Source: Candidatus Latescibacterota bacterium (GTDB lineage Bacteria > Latescibacterota > UBA2968). Taken from it: DNA of 64,000 nt. Both the position numbers and the translations under genes were made by a program. The notes below the pieces were generated by a model. It searched no databases and was not told the DNA's origin. It saw only the letters and a list, made by a program, of their open reading frames with translations. Of the stretch, positions 63,089-64,000 are shown piece by piece (position 1 is the first letter of the stretch; each line of letters begins with the position of its first letter). The stretch covers positions 3,296,001-3,360,000 of the forward strand of contig OZ241986.1 in assembly GCA_965204375.1 (NCBI GenBank), read 5' to 3'.

Positions 63089-63682
63089 TCACCCTTCCCA
63101 CGCCGGATACAAATCGTGCTCAATGCCCAATAGACTCAAAATTCGACCAACGACAAAATCCGCCAAATCATCGAACGTCTCCGGCTTTTGATAAAATGCT
63201 GGCATCGCCGGCACCACAACAGCACCCGCTTCGGCCACCGCCACCATATTGCGCAATTGAATCAAATTCATCGGCGTCTCCCGCGGCACAATGATGAGCG
63301 TCCGACGTTCTTTCAACGCGACATCAGCGGCGCGCTCAATCAAATTACGCGATAACCCATGTGCTATACTCGCCAGTGTTTTCATCGAACACGGCACCAC
63401 CACCATGCCGTCTGATCGCGCCGAACCACTTGCCAGCGTTGCAGCGAGATTCTTAAACGGATGCAGAGCCATATTATCCACCGAAACACCGTAAAGTTCC
63501 CGAATGAACCCGCCAAAATTTTGCTGTTTTCCCTCAAACCCCGTCTCGTCTCGCAGCAACATCCAGCCAAATTCGGATATCACCACATCTACCGCAACCT
63601 CGCGCATCAGCAATGCGCGCAACGTGCGCAGCGCATAAATGGCCCCACTTGCCCCGGTAATTGCAACCGTAATTCGTCCCAT
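63089..63682 (-). CDS. ubiX: Flavin prenyltransferase
   Basis: VAITGASG, ASGS, PCSMKTL, RAADVALKERR, PRETP, PAFY. Confidence 0.95.
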   Translation of the reverse strand: MGRITVAITGASGAIYALRTLRALLMREVAVDVVISEFGWMLLRDETGFEGKQQNFGGFIRELYGVSVDNMALHPFKNLAATLASGSARSDGMVVVPCSMKTLASIAHGLSRNLIERAADVALKERRTLIIVPRETPMNLIQLRNMVAVAEAGAVVVPAMPAFYQKPETFDDLADFVVGRILSLLGIEHDLYPAWEG

Positions 63683-63701
63683 AGCAAACAGGTCTCCAGG
63701 A

Positions 63702-64000
63702 TTACAACAACAAATCGGCCAGCGTCCCCGCAAAATACACCACACTAACCACACCATTCATCGTCAAAGACGCCATACCCGCTTTTGACAAATCCCGATG
63801 TCTCACCAGATAATGCTCGTAAATCAGCAAACCGCCCACGCACACCACGCCAACCACATAAAACACTCCCAGTTCAAACACCTGGCCCACGCACACCATC
63901 AAACCAAAAGCAATCACATGAAATATTCGCGCAATCCACAATGCGGGACCAATCCCAAATTTCTGCGGAATCGAATACGCCCCAAACTGCCGATCAAACT
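63702..64000 (-). CDS. UbiA-family prenyltransferase, C-terminal part (partial)
   Basis: FDRQFGAYSIPQKFGIGPALWIARIFH...LLIYEH.LV...NG.VS; adjacent to ubiX. Confidence 0.8.
   Translation of the reverse strand, partial: FDRQFGAYSIPQKFGIGPALWIARIFHVIAFGLMVCVGQVFELGVFYVVGVVCVGGLLIYEHYLVRHRDLSKAGMASLTMNGVVSVVYFAGTLADLLL

Overview
Bacterial chromosome window, mostly housekeeping genes. The C-terminal DFNxDGxxDFxDF Ca-binding repeats and the gene mix suggest a Latescibacterota/Gemmatimonadota-like lineage (inference only). In order: (1) partial RND permease, a PhyH dioxygenase, two lipoproteins sharing a duplicated N-terminal module (one fused to a Liv-type binding domain, one to a Cache domain) and a PLP decarboxylase. 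(2) A minus-strand thiO-thiS-thiG-tenI/thiE2-thiD-thiE operon that runs without a gap into a NuoE-NuoF fusion and a selenocysteine formate dehydrogenase (in-frame TGA 7420-7422 plus SECIS hairpin; the ORF track splits this gene). It diverges from thiC, with two back-to-back TPP riboswitches. (3) Defence-like island 1 (16.4-22.6 kb): MNT-HEPN, ParB-less ParA plus partner, IS256 remnant, GIY-YIG/cold-shock fusion, decayed restriction enzyme, DNA methyltransferase. (4) mltF-like gene, two STAS genes, and a long housekeeping operon (tatD, rsmA, ilvE, proC, hisH, hisF, proB, ftsB, recO, cNMP protein, AI-2E transporter, valS, Gfo/Idh/MocA, pncC). (5) Defence-like island 2 (39.3-44.7 kb): HindIII-type R-M, T5orf172 nuclease, two orphan antitoxins, GNAT, AAA-nuclease. 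(6) metG, holB with an unexplained ~200-nt structured leader/ncRNA, orphan groES, FGE protein, HU, a sugar-acid oxidoreductase trio, dinG, a short Rel, a heptamer array, DUF1800/DUF1501, a degenerate RNase II-like protein, ubiX and partial ubiA. No rRNA, tRNA or CRISPR array was seen. All family calls come from motif recognition by eye; no searches were run.
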